A DNA stretch of 64,000 nt, taken from contig ADNK01002523.1 in NCBI GenBank assembly GCA_000320545.1, positions 1 to 64,000 of the forward strand, read 5' to 3'. Shown piece after piece: positions 40,283-52,995 of this stretch (its first letter is position 1; each line of letters begins with the position of its first letter). Origin of the DNA: Bigelowiella natans CCMP2755 (lineage: Eukaryota; Protista; Cercozoa). Below the pieces are notes generated by a model. It saw only the letters and a list, made by a program, of their open reading frames with translations, made no database searches and was not told where the DNA came from. A program made the translations under genes and the position numbers.

Positions 40283-41453
40283 TTACGCATTTAAAAAGTC
40301 AAATGCACTCTTGCTCTCCTGCGAATCATTCAACGCATCCGGCTCCTTTTTTGCTTTTACGAACGTCGTCGTGTCACATCTAGAGTCAGCTGTTTCAACC
40401 GGAAATACAGTATTCAAGAAATCGAACGCACTTTTTGGAGACTTAGGTTCCTCAGACGTAGATTTTGAGTCTGCCTGGACATCATCCTCTTTTAAAGAGT
40501 GTGCAGAAAGATACTTCTCTCTAAACGAAATTGACTGCGAAATAATCCTGAGTATAATTTATCATACATGCCCAAACTCAATAAAGTAGAGCGGAGCATC
40601 TTGCTGGTTTGTGTTTGGTGAATAGCAATCAATGTCACTTTTGAATATCTGGGACAGTCGGGAAATGGAGAATGCTCCTCAATGCCTTAAGCAGTCCTGC
40701 TCGGTAGATTTAGGAGAAGACATATGAAAATGAACGCATAATTGACACGGAAATGAAGACAGATCACAACCCATTCATTATGGCAAAAGTATTAAGAAGA
40801 ACATTTAAATCAGTTGTTGCAAAATAGAGTATGAGGGAGCGTTGATACTTACCCTCCTCGTGTGCAGTGTCAACGACATTCAGGAGCTCAAATCTCACGT
40901 GTCGGATCAGTGTCAAACACAAGTATTCAACCAGACCTTGTCCGACCCTGCAGACCACACAACCAACCATCTTGAGTTGGTGAGTAATGTGAATAGATGA
41001 GAATCTGTGATCCATGAAATTGTTATCATTCAGTAAAAGAGGAAAGCTAATGGGGAGTTCAACTACTAATACTTTTGGGTGATGTTGCCATCTTGGACTA
41101 ATTTATCCCACACTTGCAATACCTGCCGAATCTATTCGAGGGTAAGTTTATGAAAAGAAGAAACAGTTTCGTGTCTTAAAATGGTACCACTGCATAACAC
41201 TGTGGTTTAGCACTTGCGACTACGCACGTAATCATGTAAGTGTAGTTAGATGGCTGTGGCACCTCAAATTCCCTGGAGAACAATAATCTAACCCATTTCA
41301 GCATATAAAGTTCTGCAAAGAGCACAATTCTAAGCTGCCTTCCATGATAATGTTTCCAGGCTCATTCATACACACACGCAAATATATAGCGTATATATTA
41401 TATTATATTATATATATATATATATATATAATAATATATATATATGTGTGTCG

Positions 41454-41487
<34 letters not shown>

Positions 41488-42596
41488 TGGAGAGGTGGGG
41501 GGGGGGGAGGAAGGGATCATAATTGGAAGAGACAGAATTAAATACCTGGTTGGGCTCCGCACTTTTCCAACACGGCCTGAGACGGAAGATAATGAAGGAT
41601 GAAGTAGCAAGATTCTCGGAAAAGTTGCCATTAATTCAGCACAAAATAGAATTTCGAATGATCCTTCCCATTGATATACGGTCTATAGGGAGTGAGCAAC
41701 GTGTTACTCGGAGACAACAAATACTTCTTTTACTTCGGAAAAAAGTCCGATGATATCTTACATGGAGGTCTGGGTCAAACTCTTTCAGCAACTTCGACTG
41801 CACGAACCGCACCATTTCGATAAGCACCTCCACCCTCTCCATTACACAGTAGCCGCCGTCGCAGCAGACAGAAAAGGTAAGAGTAAGATCATCATCAGCA
41901 GTGCTTGTAGGAGCAGCAGCAAAAGGAGTCGGAGAAACAAGTTCCCAAAGGCGGGAATGCAGTTTAGCATTTAGGTCACAACGAGCATGTGAAAGGCGCT
42001 CCTCTCTTCATCACACAGTGATTACAATCATTTCAACGCGATACCGGAGTCTGCTCACGACTGTGCATTGATTTCTTGGAAGGGGAGAAGAACTCGGGTA
42101 CCCTTTCAGCATTAGCAAAGCATATCGAGAGATCGAATACAGAATAAGTGATGCTTCACTTGCAGATAATTACCTAGAGAACAGTCGGAAAATACTCGTA
42201 GTTCGGAATTACAAACTAGTATGAGATGTGTGGCACAATTCAGAGATTATGATGTGTGGATGATGCAAGCGCGAATCACCTCGCCATAATAGCGGAGAAG
42301 ATAAAATACGCATCTGTGGATAGAAACTCGGGTCGCACTCGCTCATACAGCGCATTAGCGTAGCTAGGATGCTTTCGATTCCTTTGTCGAAGTGCTTTTA
42401 CGACTGCGTAATCGCCCAATATTGCCATCATAATGGTCGCTAGTATGTCATTCATACCCTGGCAACACAAAGGATTTTCGCGTGGAAAGAATAGCCGAAC
42501 ACGATTCAACTAAAGGCTCTCGAATATCGCTACTGCGTACTCTAATGCTGCTTCTGGAAGTTTATTTTTAAGATTGAATTGGCTGGTGGGTGAGGA

Positions 42597-42637
<41 letters not shown>

Positions 42638-42711
42638 CACCTGCGTGTATTCTGTGTTATGCTGTAGACACCATATCGTCAAGATATCCATCAAGTATCT
42701 GTGCAGTACAC

Positions 42712-42774
<63 letters not shown>

Positions 42775-43182
42775 GCTGTATTAGGCATCATCGCCTAGGT
42801 TATTCGTCTATAGATATTAGAGTGGGAGACGTTGGAGCGAAATAATGACAGATAGAGGGAAAATGGGAATGCTGTCAAATGGACTTTACAAAGTATTTTG
42901 GTCAAGACCACAGTCGCCTGTGGAAGACTAATTTTGTTCATATTTTATTTTCCTCCTCCTCCTCCTTCTCCTTAACATCACTTTCGGGTCTTATCCAGCT
43001 GGAAAAAGGGAATCTGAAGCCAACTCAAAGTTAGAATAAGCATATGTTTTCGGAACTCTTTCTACGCGTTGATGATCTTCACCTCGCTTCTTGTCCTCAA
43101 AATATCTATATAGATTCGATGCAGGGTCTCCCCTCTGTTTCGAGATTACGACAAATAAAATAGGAGGTTATGCAAGTCACAC

Positions 43183-43236
<54 letters not shown>

Positions 43237-43372
43237 ACACACACACACGCATGCATGCTTACAATCATAAGCACAACCACGCGTGCACACGAAGTTTTAC
43301 CTAAAAGTTGATCTGTCGATCTTCTTCCGTTCTTTTAAGGTATCATACTCTAAATCTGTTTTACGAATGTAT

Positions 43373-43419
<47 letters not shown>

Positions 43420-43989
43420 GAATTGGGGCTGTTTTCTAATTTTTCATGTGGTGCTTGCTTGTATGCTGCGTGGCGACGAGCACCTTGGATTCCGAACCGA
43501 TTTTGTAGCTGCAAGAATTTCTTATGTTGTTTCGAGCAGAAACTCAGGTATGTTTCAGCTATCAATACGGAAGAAGCAAAGAATTTCAAAATAACGCTGC
43601 TATTGTTCAGTTTCAGGAAGCCATGTCATTTAAGCAAGCCGCGACCGGCAACAACATTTGATCGACTAGCATTTACTCTGTATTCATTAATACAACATAA
43701 AAGTCGATCCACAGGATAAATTAGAAACCGGGAGAGAGAGATAGACGATATAGATGCGATGTCCACGTGAGAGTCCTAACATTAGCACCCATATTTCGTA
43801 GGTGGAGGTCAACAACTGATCAGTTTTGGCTGCACTGTGCTTCATGATATAAACAACCATAGCTCTTTAAAGAAACAGTGACATGTGCTTATTCGCATAT
43901 AGATGAGCAAACCGTAATTCTCCCTTCGGATGGCGGATGGAAAGGGGGGAGACATGCTTCGTCGAGGTCGAACTAGACGAAGCGTCCAT
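40283..43989 (-). CDS. TBC domain Rab GTPase-activating protein (TBC1D5-like)
   Basis: IYIDILRT (IxxDxxRT), CQGMNDILA (YxQGM-type), STDAYFIFSAIM, LLKEFDPDL, YMLKWVRLLFSREF and VLQVWDKL. The last exon ends KSAFDFLNA*. Confidence 0.85.
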
Positions 43990-44651
43990 GGTCCATGAAG
44001 GTTTGCTTGCGGTCGCAGAGGAAGGATATGAAATTAAGGGGAAAATTAGTATTTAGATGTTTTCGGTGTAAAAATATATCTAAATTACAAACGTCAACTA
44101 GGATCAAGTTAAAAAATTCAACCTAGCTTTAACCAAAACTACTTGCAGATTATTCAGATGCTACTGCCCTTGAGAGTCGGTTGACGACAGTTGTCGTTGG
44201 CGACAAATCCCATGCAACACGATTGTTGAAGCGTCGAAAAAAGACTAAAGAACGGTCGGCTCGTAACTTCCGCGTTGTTCCAATCGAATTGTTCGATGAT
44301 GTCGCACCCTGAAGATGCACTACGTTTCTGGACGAAATCCTAGGAAATCTAGCGAACAACCTACATCACCTCCTGCCGAGACTCATTTGAGTTCCCCCTC
44401 CCGAACTTGCGCAGACTGCAAGAAGCTACCGAGTCACTTACACATTATTCGACTGTCATCATTGGAATAAAAAGAGTCAACAGGAGGTATACAACTGTGT
44501 AATGGCTAATTCTGTAATTCGGAGAATTTTCCCACTAACCCTACACGCGCGCTCGAGTGGACTGAACAATTGAAGTGAAAACATCATGTTGAGTCTGTTG
44601 ATCCTACATTCTTAGGCACCAGAGCACCTGGTGAGATATCTTATCTACACA

Positions 44652-45717
44652 ATGGAAGAAAAATCCTCAAATTTTGTGTGGACAAATTATAGGATGCTGC
44701 TGACAAATTCAGAGGTGAGTACTATGTTATAAGGCCGTCCCCCCAATGCACTCCATAACACTAAAGACAACTTTGTTTGTTTGGAACACTCACAGTTAAA
44801 CACCTTTGCAACTGCTCGTACGGATCACCCGATTAGCTGGGCCGTGTGGCGTACCTTAATGGCCTGCTACTTTTTTGCGGTGATACCCCTTCCTTCTACA
44901 CAGATTTTGATTTTTAATTCATTTGTCGTACAACGCCATATCCAGATCATGATCTGGAGTATCGCCGCCGACGTAGAAAGTGGGAATGGGGCATGGTGGT
45001 TGATATATCTAACACACTGGACTCTCCTGGTTTTGGTCGTCTATCAAGTGTGTGCAGCAACGTGCACATGGATGTACGGTCTCAGAATGTTAAACATTCG
45101 CGAACAGCCCAAGTTATTCACAGTTACATGGCACCTCCAGAATATTTTACTCGCAGCAGCACCTCTAGTCTTTATCCTTTATTGGGGGTTAGTTTATGAT
45201 GGGGGGACTGTCCGATTCCTTACAACCCAGACACATGGTGCAAACGCCCTAGCCATCGCAATTGATTGCTTTTTCTCATGCCAGCCAAAAAGATTCGAGC
45301 ACTTCTACCAACCAGTTATTTATGCATTGGTAAGTGAAACAGAAATTTTATATCTTTTCTTGCTGACAACCCTTATATTTTCCCTAATTTCGCTAGATTT
45401 ACACTATCTTCTCGATAATTCAAGAATACACAGGAATTGACAACGGCAGTCTTGAAGGTCGAACAAACGGAATCCCATCATCACAATGTTACTTTCTCAC
45501 AAAATGCTCCCGTAACATGTTCTCAGGCACATCAATTTATGATGTAACAAATTATAAGGCTAATCCGGCTAGAATTGGATTCATTTTAGTGTTGGCTATT
45601 TTCCTAGCCCCGGCAATTTACTGCCTCCTCGTGTGCTGGGACCGACTCGCACAGTATGTGATTGGTGGGAATAGGAATTTGAAGATAGATTCAACCCTTC
45701 GGATGGAGCTTAACTGA
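44652..45717 (+). CDS. Rolling stone / FAR-17a-AIG1-like multi-pass membrane protein
   Basis: WWLIYLTHWT, VFILYWGLVY, THGANALAIAID, QPKRFEHFYQPVIYAL|IYTIFS and IYDVTNY motifs, with about six hydrophobic helices. Start ATG 44652 is tentative. Confidence 0.75.
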
Positions 45718-46275
45718 AAACTAGAGAGCACTTCATCTAAACTAGAAAGATGTAGGCAACAGCAACAACAAAGTGACTACAACGGCACTTCTATTTATTT
45801 TATAATGATGATTTAGCAATCAGTGTTTGCTGCAGCATAAGCAGATCAGCGAGACTACTGTCAGCACGTGCCTGCGTTGGCCTTATGCAACCACACATGC
45901 ACCATGGCCTTTGATGCCACCATTGTCATCATCATCTTTCGATTCACAAGCACGCACAGCAATCAGTCAAGCCACAAATGCACAGCATCGGCAGCAGCAG
46001 ATCGATTGCACGCTGCTGTGGATGGGCATGTGATGCTGATGCTTCATGGAACGCACCCGCCACGTACGCCCACACGACATGCATACGTATCGAAAGAACA
46101 CCCTCATAGCGGAGCAGAGACATTTAGAAGTGCAGGCAGCACGGACTCCCAGTTCACAAATTTGCATGAACGAGCTGCGGCTGCTATTAGTTCAGCCATC
46201 TAGCAGTGTAACGCAACACGCGACTCTTTCCATTTTGGTTGTTTTGAAGGCAGTCAATCATGCACGTAACAAATA

Positions 46276-46841
46276 GTGTCAACCAGTCAAGTCGGACGAT
46301 CGAAATCATCATTGCTGATGTTGATTCCACAGGAGTTCAACATGACCCATTCCGCAGCAGGTGGCCCTTCTCGTCTGAATGAATCCTCAGACGCAAGGGC
46401 AAATTGACTGGATGCATGGCAAAATGATGATGACTGTGACAAACGATGATGACCTCTGAATCCAAGTGAAGAATCATTCCCCATGGGAACAGTTTGAAAC
46501 AAAACAACAAAATGCAGGAAGGAGGAGAAGACGCTCGAACAGCGCCAAGGAAAATCCGCATCATCGACGCTGATGCGCTGATTTCCACACGCGCACGTTC
46601 AAATCTGTCCAAAACTGACAGTGTTGCAACGAAATTGGCCGTTTCAAAGAGCGTTTTGCGCCAGTTTTGGCTTCCCTGTTGTTCAGAATGGCACCTGCTT
46701 TTGCGTGGGGAGCTCAAAATCGGTGCACAATGGATTCAATGATGTGCTTGCGAGCCAGTCCGCATGAAGTGAAGTGAAGTGTGGAGCCACTCGCAACCCA
46801 TTCACACATTTTCAGGCAACATGAATGAATGATGAGTGAAG
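46276..46841. other. TpA-free intergenic block upstream of the UPF0652 gene
   Basis: No TpA found in about 565 bp. The next two are in TAG context (46842, 46863). Confidence 0.9.
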
Positions 46842-47234
46842 TAGTTTCAATGCCAAATTCGATAGGATCAACAAGACGTGCGAACTCATCCACGCATCTC
46901 GCAATCCAGTGAACAGGGGCGAAGCTGAGCATCGGGCTGGCTCGATTCCCATAAATTTCCGAGATTTTTCGCCCAAAAGTCACACGGCTGTTTCGTCCTC
47001 AATCCCTGCATTGCGACAAATATTTCAGACTTTTTTGGTTGAAACCTGGAGGTTCTGTTGCCTGGCTGCGTAACCCTCATTCTGTTGGAAGATTTCGTAT
47101 GTCTTTGTTCTAAATTCCAATGGGTTTTGGTATACTTTGTTGGAAATTTGCCTCGATTCCACAGGTTATTTCTGATATCTCACTGCAGCGAGCTTGCTGC
47201 CTGCCCCCATCCGTCAACACAGCTGAGCAGCAAA

Positions 47235-49230
47235 ATGGAATCGAATGACAAACCGAACTCGAAGCCGGCGCTCAAAGATATTCTGCATGGAAACATAGAC
47301 GAAGAAGAGGCGGTGGAAGCAAAAGAAGGAGTGAAGGACCAGAACTCAGATCAGGGCACATTCGCAAAGATCGCTTCCGGTGCCCTATCAGCACAGCTGT
47401 CCATTGAAAGTGTTGAAACACTAGAAAAGCGCCTCGCTGGTCTTAAGGAAAAGTGGGAAAAGGAGAGACTTAATTTCGAGGCAACAGCCAGGGAACTGAA
47501 CAGTCAGCTCGATTTTGCACGCAGAGATGCAGAGGCTAAGAAAACAAACAAGGGCGACAGCAAATCTGCACAAGTGGCTCCAAGCAAAGCTAAAGACTCC
47601 ATGAAGAATAAGGACGATGAGGAGAAAGAGGAGGAGGAGTATGTCGCAGCGGCTGACACGCAGTTGTTGGAGAGGTCCAAATTTATACCGCTGCGTCTAA
47701 CCCTCGATGAACGAAAATACCTCCGCTTAATTACTTCGGCTCTTGAGGTCTCGGAATACACTGATCGGGTAGATGTCAGCAGATGGTCTGGAAGGGCTAA
47801 ACGGATTCACAAGCAACTCAAAGAGATTTGTGCTATTCTTTCGGGTCTCTTAGTTGCCTGTGACTACAAAGCTGGCCAAAAACTTATAGCAAACGATGAA
47901 TTTGCTGACAACGCGGAATTTTTCCAATACATGTTTGAGCTGGGTCGAAGGTACAAAATTTTGAACCCCGAGCGCATGCGATCGGCCTACGGTAAGTTGA
48001 TTTACCTCTTGCAAGATTCTCAGCAAGAGGATGTTCGTGAGATGATGGAATTCGGTCTTGTACGACCGCTGCAATCGGTGAACGTGTTCCTCCAGGAAAA
48101 GAAGATGCTCAGCATGTTGAAGGACCCTCTCTTACACGCTGCCACCCGTGTGATTGCAGAAAAGGGAAAGACTCGTGCTCAGATACAGTATGAGCTCCAG
48201 AGGAAACGCCGTGCATACAACCGAGTAAAGGATAAGTACATTGGAGAAGGGGATATGTCGGAACAGGATGTTGAGTTGGTGATGGGTTCGATTGCGGACA
48301 ACAACTACTTCCTTAAATTTAATAGAGATCCATGTGATGAAATGATTGGGTACCTCAAATCAAAGTTTAGCCCTGATAATTACGAAGAGGGTTTCTCACT
48401 AAAAATCAACTATGGCAAAGGTGGGGCAAGGCTGAGTCATGACCATAAAACTCAGTTCTACTTCGTGATGCAGACCCTGAATCTATGGAGAGACATTCTG
48501 CACGACTTTTATCGCCTTTGGTTTCTTGCAGAAGATGACCTCTTAGATCCGGATAATCCGTACCGTCTCAGGAACACAGGCCAGGGATTGAACAGGATTC
48601 AGTCTTCTCCAAATATTGGCCGTGAGATGTCGAGAATCATCTACACGGCACGGCAGAGAGTAGGGTATTGGATCGGCTCTAGTGTTGTGCACCTTGGTGA
48701 CCACAACGTTCCGAACGCATTCATGTTTATAGACAAGTACACCCAGGTAAGAGCATCTAGGACGACGTGTTCTAGCAGAAACTTTTATGGAACTGCAATC
48801 GGAGTTAATGACTTTTCTTCTTTGGTTCTGTCCTTATTATCACTTACCACCACCATCAGGTATCTCGCATTCTAAATCCAATATGTATTACTCTCCGACG
48901 ACTTGAGGAAGTGCTTTCAGAGAAACCTGGAATCAAGAAGTACGTGGACGACACCTTCGGCGGGTGCGACAAGTTGCGAATGACTGTTCTCTGCGATTTT
49001 TTCCGTCATGGTTTTGATGGAAGCGGAGCAGACAACTTTTTTGACGCTGGTTCGTGTATCGATGGCCGCCTAACATCTGCCTGGAATTGGTGCAGCTTGA
49101 TCCACAAGAAACCGTAAGTGGATGATATGATGTAACTCATTTAATTATTCTGACTAATACCCCCGCCATAATCAGGTATTATCCTGTGTTCCAAATGACT
49201 GGTTTTGCATCTTTTGATGGGCAGTTTTAG
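47235..49230 (+). CDS. UPF0652 / DUF2009 family protein (3 exons)
   Basis: ERSKFIPLRLTLDERKYLRL, SEYTDRVD, RRYKILNPERMRSAYGKLIYLLQDS, GARLSHDH, WIGSSVVHLGDHNVPNAFMFIDKYTQ|VSRIL, DFFRHGFDGSGADNFFDAGSCIDGRLTSAWNWCS and final TGFASFDGQF*. Confidence 0.92.
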
Positions 49231-50011
49231 TCACACCAAGACCATCGAAAGTCGTTAATCGGTGTGAGGGATACGTAGGTGTGCGATTTAGCTTTGCACG
49301 TGATGAATCAGAGCGAAAAAGATGGAAAATGTCATAATACGTACGTGAACCACTTAGCTCAGCGCTCTAGCACAATGCCTGTTTCGATCCAGCGGCACAA
49401 ACAGCAACAGTAGCAAGCTGTGCCACCAGCATCTGGCGTGTGAGTGTGCATGTCTAGATGTGCGTTGCACGTGCGCGCAGCAATGATCATGTTGCATCGG
49501 CTCGCGCTAGACATGGCGACCGCGCGCTCAAGGAGGGCATCGCTTACCTCAGCTACATGCCATCAAGAAATCAAAGAAACTAACAAAAGAGCATGTGACA
49601 AAGCCAGCTATCTCTGATCAACTAGTTGAACTAGCTAGCTAGTATGAGCAATTGTCAGCAAGTGGTCAAGCGCACATCGACCGCCAGTCGATCACAGCCT
49701 GCTTCCATGTGACAGATGGCTAGTTCTAGAGTTGCCAAGATCAGCATGTAGGTGCTGATGACAATTTTTGGGGAAAAAACAAAAAAAAATCAGGAATTGT
49801 TCCAGAAGCCATGCTGTGCATTGTGATTGGAGTTGTGTTGCTTGCATGTTGACACACAACAAATGTCTAGAATGTGAACTTGCATCGCAGGCCCGCAACA
49901 CTCGCTACGTCATCGCAACATTGAGATGACGCACTGAAAAAGTCGGTTTCAATTAGACAAGCTAGGTGTGTTTTAATCAGCTAAATTTTAATTTGGACTA
50001 ACTATGTAATC

Positions 50012-52796
50012 TCATACGACGTGAGTCATCTGTTGTTCTACCACGCTTATGGTGCCGATTTCCACGCTTTCCTTTCCATCCAGACCGGAGATGACGCTGC
50101 TATCATGCTTATCATGCACAACCTTTTCACCCTCTTTTGTTACTCTTGGTTCACCCGTGATTTCATAAACTCTCCATATGGAGACAATGGTCAAAGTTGC
50201 AACCAGAAATATGATTACCCCCATCGCCACCTGGGAAATGTACTCGTACACGATGAAAGATATACCAAACGCCAATCCTGACCATGTATGCAAGTTTGAA
50301 AATGCCGCCGTTGCTTCCTCTCCAGGGAAGAAGTCCACTAGAGCTGCTTTATTCGTCGTTTCGAACACCGCACGCCCTGCACCAAGAAGGATGTACATAA
50401 ACACGATCCCGTACCTATGTGGGGGGCAAACGGTTAGAACAAAGAACAATTCTTATGCTGACCGAGCTTTAGTCACGGTTTACAGCATTCCACGCACCTC
50501 AGTCCCCTCAACTGGTTCGGGGTGGCAGAGAAGGCAATGATACCCACGACCAAGAAGATTGAGCCACCAATCCAGAGTCCAATTCTACAATATTTATGAT
50601 GATTGGGAGTAGTGCAATACGAATGATATCACCGTTTCGTCCCGAACGACGAAAGGAGGCAATTTTTTAATGTATGCGCATGTGTTACATATATTTGAAA
50701 CCTCTTTCCTGATGGTGTCCTCCCCAAGATGCTGAGCGGATATGATCCTAACACGGCAGTGACAGGCACTAGAGCAGTCATCCAGCCTACCGTGCTGACC
50801 CCGAGACCCTCAGCAACAATTTCCTGCAGTATGATGAGTCCTAATGCTCAAGCAGACGAAGATGGAAAATTGTCTCAAACATCGAGCCATTACCGCATTC
50901 ATATATTGGTCTGCAAACGCCAGCGACACGCCGAACAGGATCTATCATCAAAAATAAGATTCATCGTACTACGAGTGTACAGGAGGTGGGGGAATTCAGC
51001 CTACATTAAAGGTGGACATGTAGCGAATGACCGCACTTTTATAGAAAAGGTTCCTGGAAACAATTGATCACAATTACAACAACAACAACGATGGCGACGA
51101 CGACGATGATGATGACCAAGATGATCATTGTGATGATATGATAATGATGATGATAATAGCTGAAGTGGATCAGGATGATTCTGCGTGAAACGTTTTCATC
51201 CATAAATGCAAACCCCGTGGCAATAAGCTTTTCACTCCATCTTCCACGTACGTAACTCGGCCCCTTTGCTTGCCTCTTCTGCTGTGTATCAGATGAGTCT
51301 CTTCCTCCTACTTTTGTCTCTTCCGCATGCTCCTCGTTGAGTTGCTCTTCCTTCATTTCCGGTGGCGTCGGCAGCAATATTGTACTCAATGCTGCAACAA
51401 CGGCTAGTGCTGTGAACACTGTACAAAAGGCCACGCAAGTATTAGGCTGATATCGTAATCCCAATGACACATTATACAAACGTTGTAGATTACCTCCAAA
51501 TGTAGACCCAAAACCCGAGTAGGTAAATATGACCGAGGAGATGCCGCGAGTGATGACCTGAGAATGATGATAGTGGATGATACGTTGATGCGCGGAAAAA
51601 CGGGTTCATTCATGGTATACCTCAGCAGCAACGTAGATACCTCCCCAGATCCCAGAGAGCTGTAATTACGTTTGGTTAGAGAATAGATGTTTGCAAATAA
51701 TATAACTAGAAGCGTACAAGGCTATTAGCTTCAGAGTCAACCCACTGCGAACTCGTTGGCTTCTTATCTTCCTTCTGCACAGATATAACCAACTTCATTT
51801 GAAGGCCGTATTAGGTTCAAAATTTGCAGTATCTATCTATCTATCTATCTATCTACCGCCTGTGTATCATCAGAAGCAGTATCCTTGCATTCTTTTCGGC
51901 CATCTTTTACTGTAGTGTTTGTAGTGGTTCTAGCCGTCACCGAATACTTGGCGATACGAGAGAAATACCTAATGTAGGGAGAATAGACTAAATGAAGGAA
52001 TGAACAGGATGAAGAATAGTGAGAGACTAAAATTACAATCCTTGTGCGGTCCACAGCCAACCAGCAGCAACTCCACCGAGGACCCCACCCTAGAAAACAT
52101 AGTACTTTATTGAGTTGTGAATGAGCTCAGCAATCAAGCTGGGTTAGTGTACAATGATGGCAGCTGGCCAGGACAGCGACGGAGAAAGAGTAGCGACTAA
52201 GAAAGCTCCCACGTAGACGCAAAGAAGAAGTAAACTGCAAATCGTCATAATATCAGCCATGGCGATTGAGGAAAACATGCGAATATTAACCTAGTCACGA
52301 TGGACCATTTGAGACCGAAGGAGTAGGTGAGCCAGGTGGAACCCTTGAAAATTTATTTCATTAATTCTAGTTTTTGATTAGATAAATGGGTGATCAAATA
52401 CCACAAGAGCTGTTATGGCGTAACTGAAGAACAGAATAGCTGAGCTGACGCCTCCTGATACAGATGATGTCATTATGTGAGTGGCTGTATACCGCGTGAA
52501 TATTCCACTTTTTACCCAAATGCTTTCCTAGTGCAACAGATGCTAGGCCCACACATGCCGTCACGCAACCTTCGTATACTCAGAATAATCAGACATAAAT
52601 TTCACATGGTAGGTAGGAATGACAACGACCATGAGTGATAGATACGCTAATGCTAAACCAGATCCACACTCGAACAAGGGCATCGCGTTTCTGATACCTA
52701 CAGACAGGCGATTAGACTACAAAAAAAGACGACATAGGAGAGCACTCGTAGCGATCACCAGCTCAATGTGTCCCCATCTGTCAGGTGTGTGGTCAT
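50012..52796 (-). CDS. UNC-93-like major facilitator superfamily membrane protein
   Basis: Multiple transmembrane exons, including GVLGGVAAGW|LWTAQGLYF (the UNC-93 LWTAQG motif) and YILLGAGRAVFETTNKAALVDFFP..AAFSNLHTWSGLAFGISF. Confidence 0.8.
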
Positions 52797-52995
52797 CGGT
52801 TGCTGACTTCTAAAAGGACCTCCTCGTGTCGAGAAAGTGAGTCCTCAGTGAAGCTTGTCGCAGATGCAAAACCTCAAGAATTCTTATCTAATTTATTAAA
52901 TATTATGTTGGTATTCGGCAACTAAATATTGTGGGCCGAAATATGACGAAATTGCCAGGAATAGTAGAATCCGCTGCGAGCACATGTTGTTACTA

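Noticed and set aside
47058-47234. N-terminal extension of UPF0652 in the ORF track
   Set aside because: It begins at a non-ATG codon and is not protein-like. ATG 47235 (caaaATGG) is the better start.
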